Origin: a virus | Lineage: Duplodnaviria; Caudoviricetes | DNA: 24,283 bases | Virus record (IMG/VR): IMGVR_UViG_3300035670_001209 | Coordinates: 1 to 24,283 of that record | Direction: 5' to 3' (one strand) | In this document: positions 22,743-24,283 of the stretch, in pieces | Layout of the letters: each line of letters opens with the position of its first letter | Position numbering within the stretch: position 1 is the first letter of the stretch | Program-made: the position numbers and the translations under genes | The notes under the pieces: model-generated | Databases searched by the model: none | What the model saw: only the letters and a program-made list of their open reading frames with translations | What the model was told of the DNA's origin: nothing

Positions 22743-24283
22743 ATGGCAATTAGAAAGTCTTCAGTATCAGGAACCCCTAAAGGAGCTACAGGTGATCGCC
22801 CAGCGAACCCAGCTGTAGGAGATCAATATTTTAATGGAACTTTAGGACGTCTTGAGATTTATACAGGTGCAACAGACGGATGGAAGGCGGTAGGCGGAGA
22901 AGTAAGAGTTCCACAGCAACCGACAGCAACAGATGTTGCAACAAATCGTGCATTTAATAATGCTGCCGCAACTGTTGATATTGTCGCTAATTCTGAAGGA
23001 GGAATGCCAACTTCTTATACAATTACATCAAGTCCTGGATCGTTAACTTTTTCTGGAGCATCTCCAATAACAGCTACTGGGCTAAGTTCAAATACAACTT
23101 ATACATTTACAGCTACGGCATCAAATGATTTTGGTGATACATCTGCAGCATCTGCAGCATCTTCTGCAATTACAGTTACTTCTGTGCCACAGGCACCAAC
23201 AGTCGGTACACCATTAACTGTTCCTGGTGCAGCATACGGACAAACAACATCACTAGATGTTCCATTTACTGCTAATGCAAATGGCGGTAAAACAGTTACA
23301 TCATATGCTATAACAGCTTCTCCAGGAGGAGCCGTTGTAAATGGAACTACCAGTCCTTTTAGATTTACTGATTTGACTGGAGGGACAACTTATACATTTA
23401 CGGCAACAGCAACAAATGCAAATGGAACTTCCTTATCAAGCTCTGCTTCAACAGGATTTGTTGCAGCTACAGCGCCAGAGACTCCAACATTAGGAACACC
23501 TACTTTATCAGGAGCAAATCAAGTAAGTCTTCCTTTTACTGGAAGCAATGGCGGAGCAAACTATACTGGATTTACCGTAGTAGCAAGTCCATCAATTGCA
23601 TTGACAGTAACTGGATCAAGTTCTCCACTTACGGTAAGCGCAGACTATGTAATGAATCAAACATATACATTTACTTTAGCAACTACAAATTCAGTAGGAA
23701 CAAGTCCTACATCTGCTTCTAGCTCATCAATTCTTCCGAATAGAGGGTATACGCTAGAGCAAACTTATAATACGTCTACAACATATACAGTTCCAGAGGG
23801 AACCACACAACTTGCAGTTTATACATTTAGCGGTGCCGCTTCTGGTTCTGGAACATCAGGAGGAAAAGGTTCATCTGGAGTAGCATTTAAAGATTATAGT
23901 GTAACTCCAGGACAAACATATTCAGTTACAGTAGGAGCATCAAACGGAAGTAGCTCATTTGGAAACTTAGCATCAGCAAATACTGTTAACTCTGCATTAA
24001 ACTCAAATGTTAGTGGATTTACTACAGCAACAGGAGGAGCAGGCGGAGCACAGGATCAAAACGGTGTAGCTGGAGGAAATCTAGTACTTACTGGAACTGG
24101 CTTGACAACCTATACAGCAGGCGGCGGCGGAGGCGGAGGAGGAACTGGCTGTTCAAGATTCTTCATGACTGGTAATACTAAATACGGTAGCGGTTGTGGA
24201 GGAACCTCTGGAGGTAGTTTATATACTCAAGGAGGCAATGGCGGCGGTGCTGGTTGGAATGGATACTATAATGGTGGCGGATG
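22743..24283 (+). CDS. adhesin/receptor-binding protein, three FN3 plus glycine-rich domain (3' truncated; not in ORF track)
   Basis: MAIRKSSVSGTPKG...RPANPAVGDQYFN parallels MTIRKSS...RPASPAEGTEYFN of 19652; AGGAGG SD; frame open to window end. Confidence 0.8.
   Translation, partial: MAIRKSSVSGTPKGATGDRPANPAVGDQYFNGTLGRLEIYTGATDGWKAVGGEVRVPQQPTATDVATNRAFNNAAATVDIVANSEGGMPTSYTITSSPGSLTFSGASPITATGLSSNTTYTFTATASNDFGDTSAASAASSAITVTSVPQAPTVGTPLTVPGAAYGQTTSLDVPFTANANGGKTVTSYAITASPGGAVVNGTTSPFRFTDLTGGTTYTFTATATNANGTSLSSSASTGFVAATAPETPTLGTPTLSGANQVSLPFTGSNGGANYTGFTVVASPSIALTVTGSSSPLTVSADYVMNQTYTFTLATTNSVGTSPTSASSSSILPNRGYTLEQTYNTSTTYTVPEGTTQLAVYTFSGAASGSGTSGGKGSSGVAFKDYSVTPGQTYSVTVGASNGSSSFGNLASANTVNSALNSNVSGFTTATGGAGGAQDQNGVAGGNLVLTGTGLTTYTAGGGGGGGGTGCSRFFMTGNTKYGSGCGGTSGGSLYTQGGNGGGAGWNGYYNGGG

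Overview
A 24.3-kb segment of a large tailed dsDNA phage, most consistent with a phage of freshwater Actinobacteria (inferred from the holin type, class II RNR, SLT protein and leaderless genes). Four blocks. (1) 1-3730: a leftward array of about 17 very small genes, nine of them missing from the supplied ORF track. They sit behind ten copies of a fixed-geometry promoter, TGTC(A/G)G-N10-TANNNT. The block also has a shared AACGAAAGGAAA ribosome-binding element, five GACACGCC boxes and five CRP-type TGTGA-N6-TCACA palindromes. (2) 3780-8560: accessory genes, including an HNH protein, a secreted protein, three tRNAs (Asn, Thr, CAT), a candidate ~100-nt structured small RNA, zinc-binding ORFs and an SLT-like transglycosylase. 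(3) 8645-11954: a GT4 glycosyltransferase, the class II ribonucleotide reductase nrdJ and a holin-like protein with an EF-hand-like loop. (4) 12029-end: a cluster of modular tail fibre/adhesin genes, the last truncated by the window edge. The best candidates for undescribed biology are the layered promoter-cassette system in block 1 and the sRNA at about 6837-6935. All product calls come from motif recognition by eye; no database search was run.
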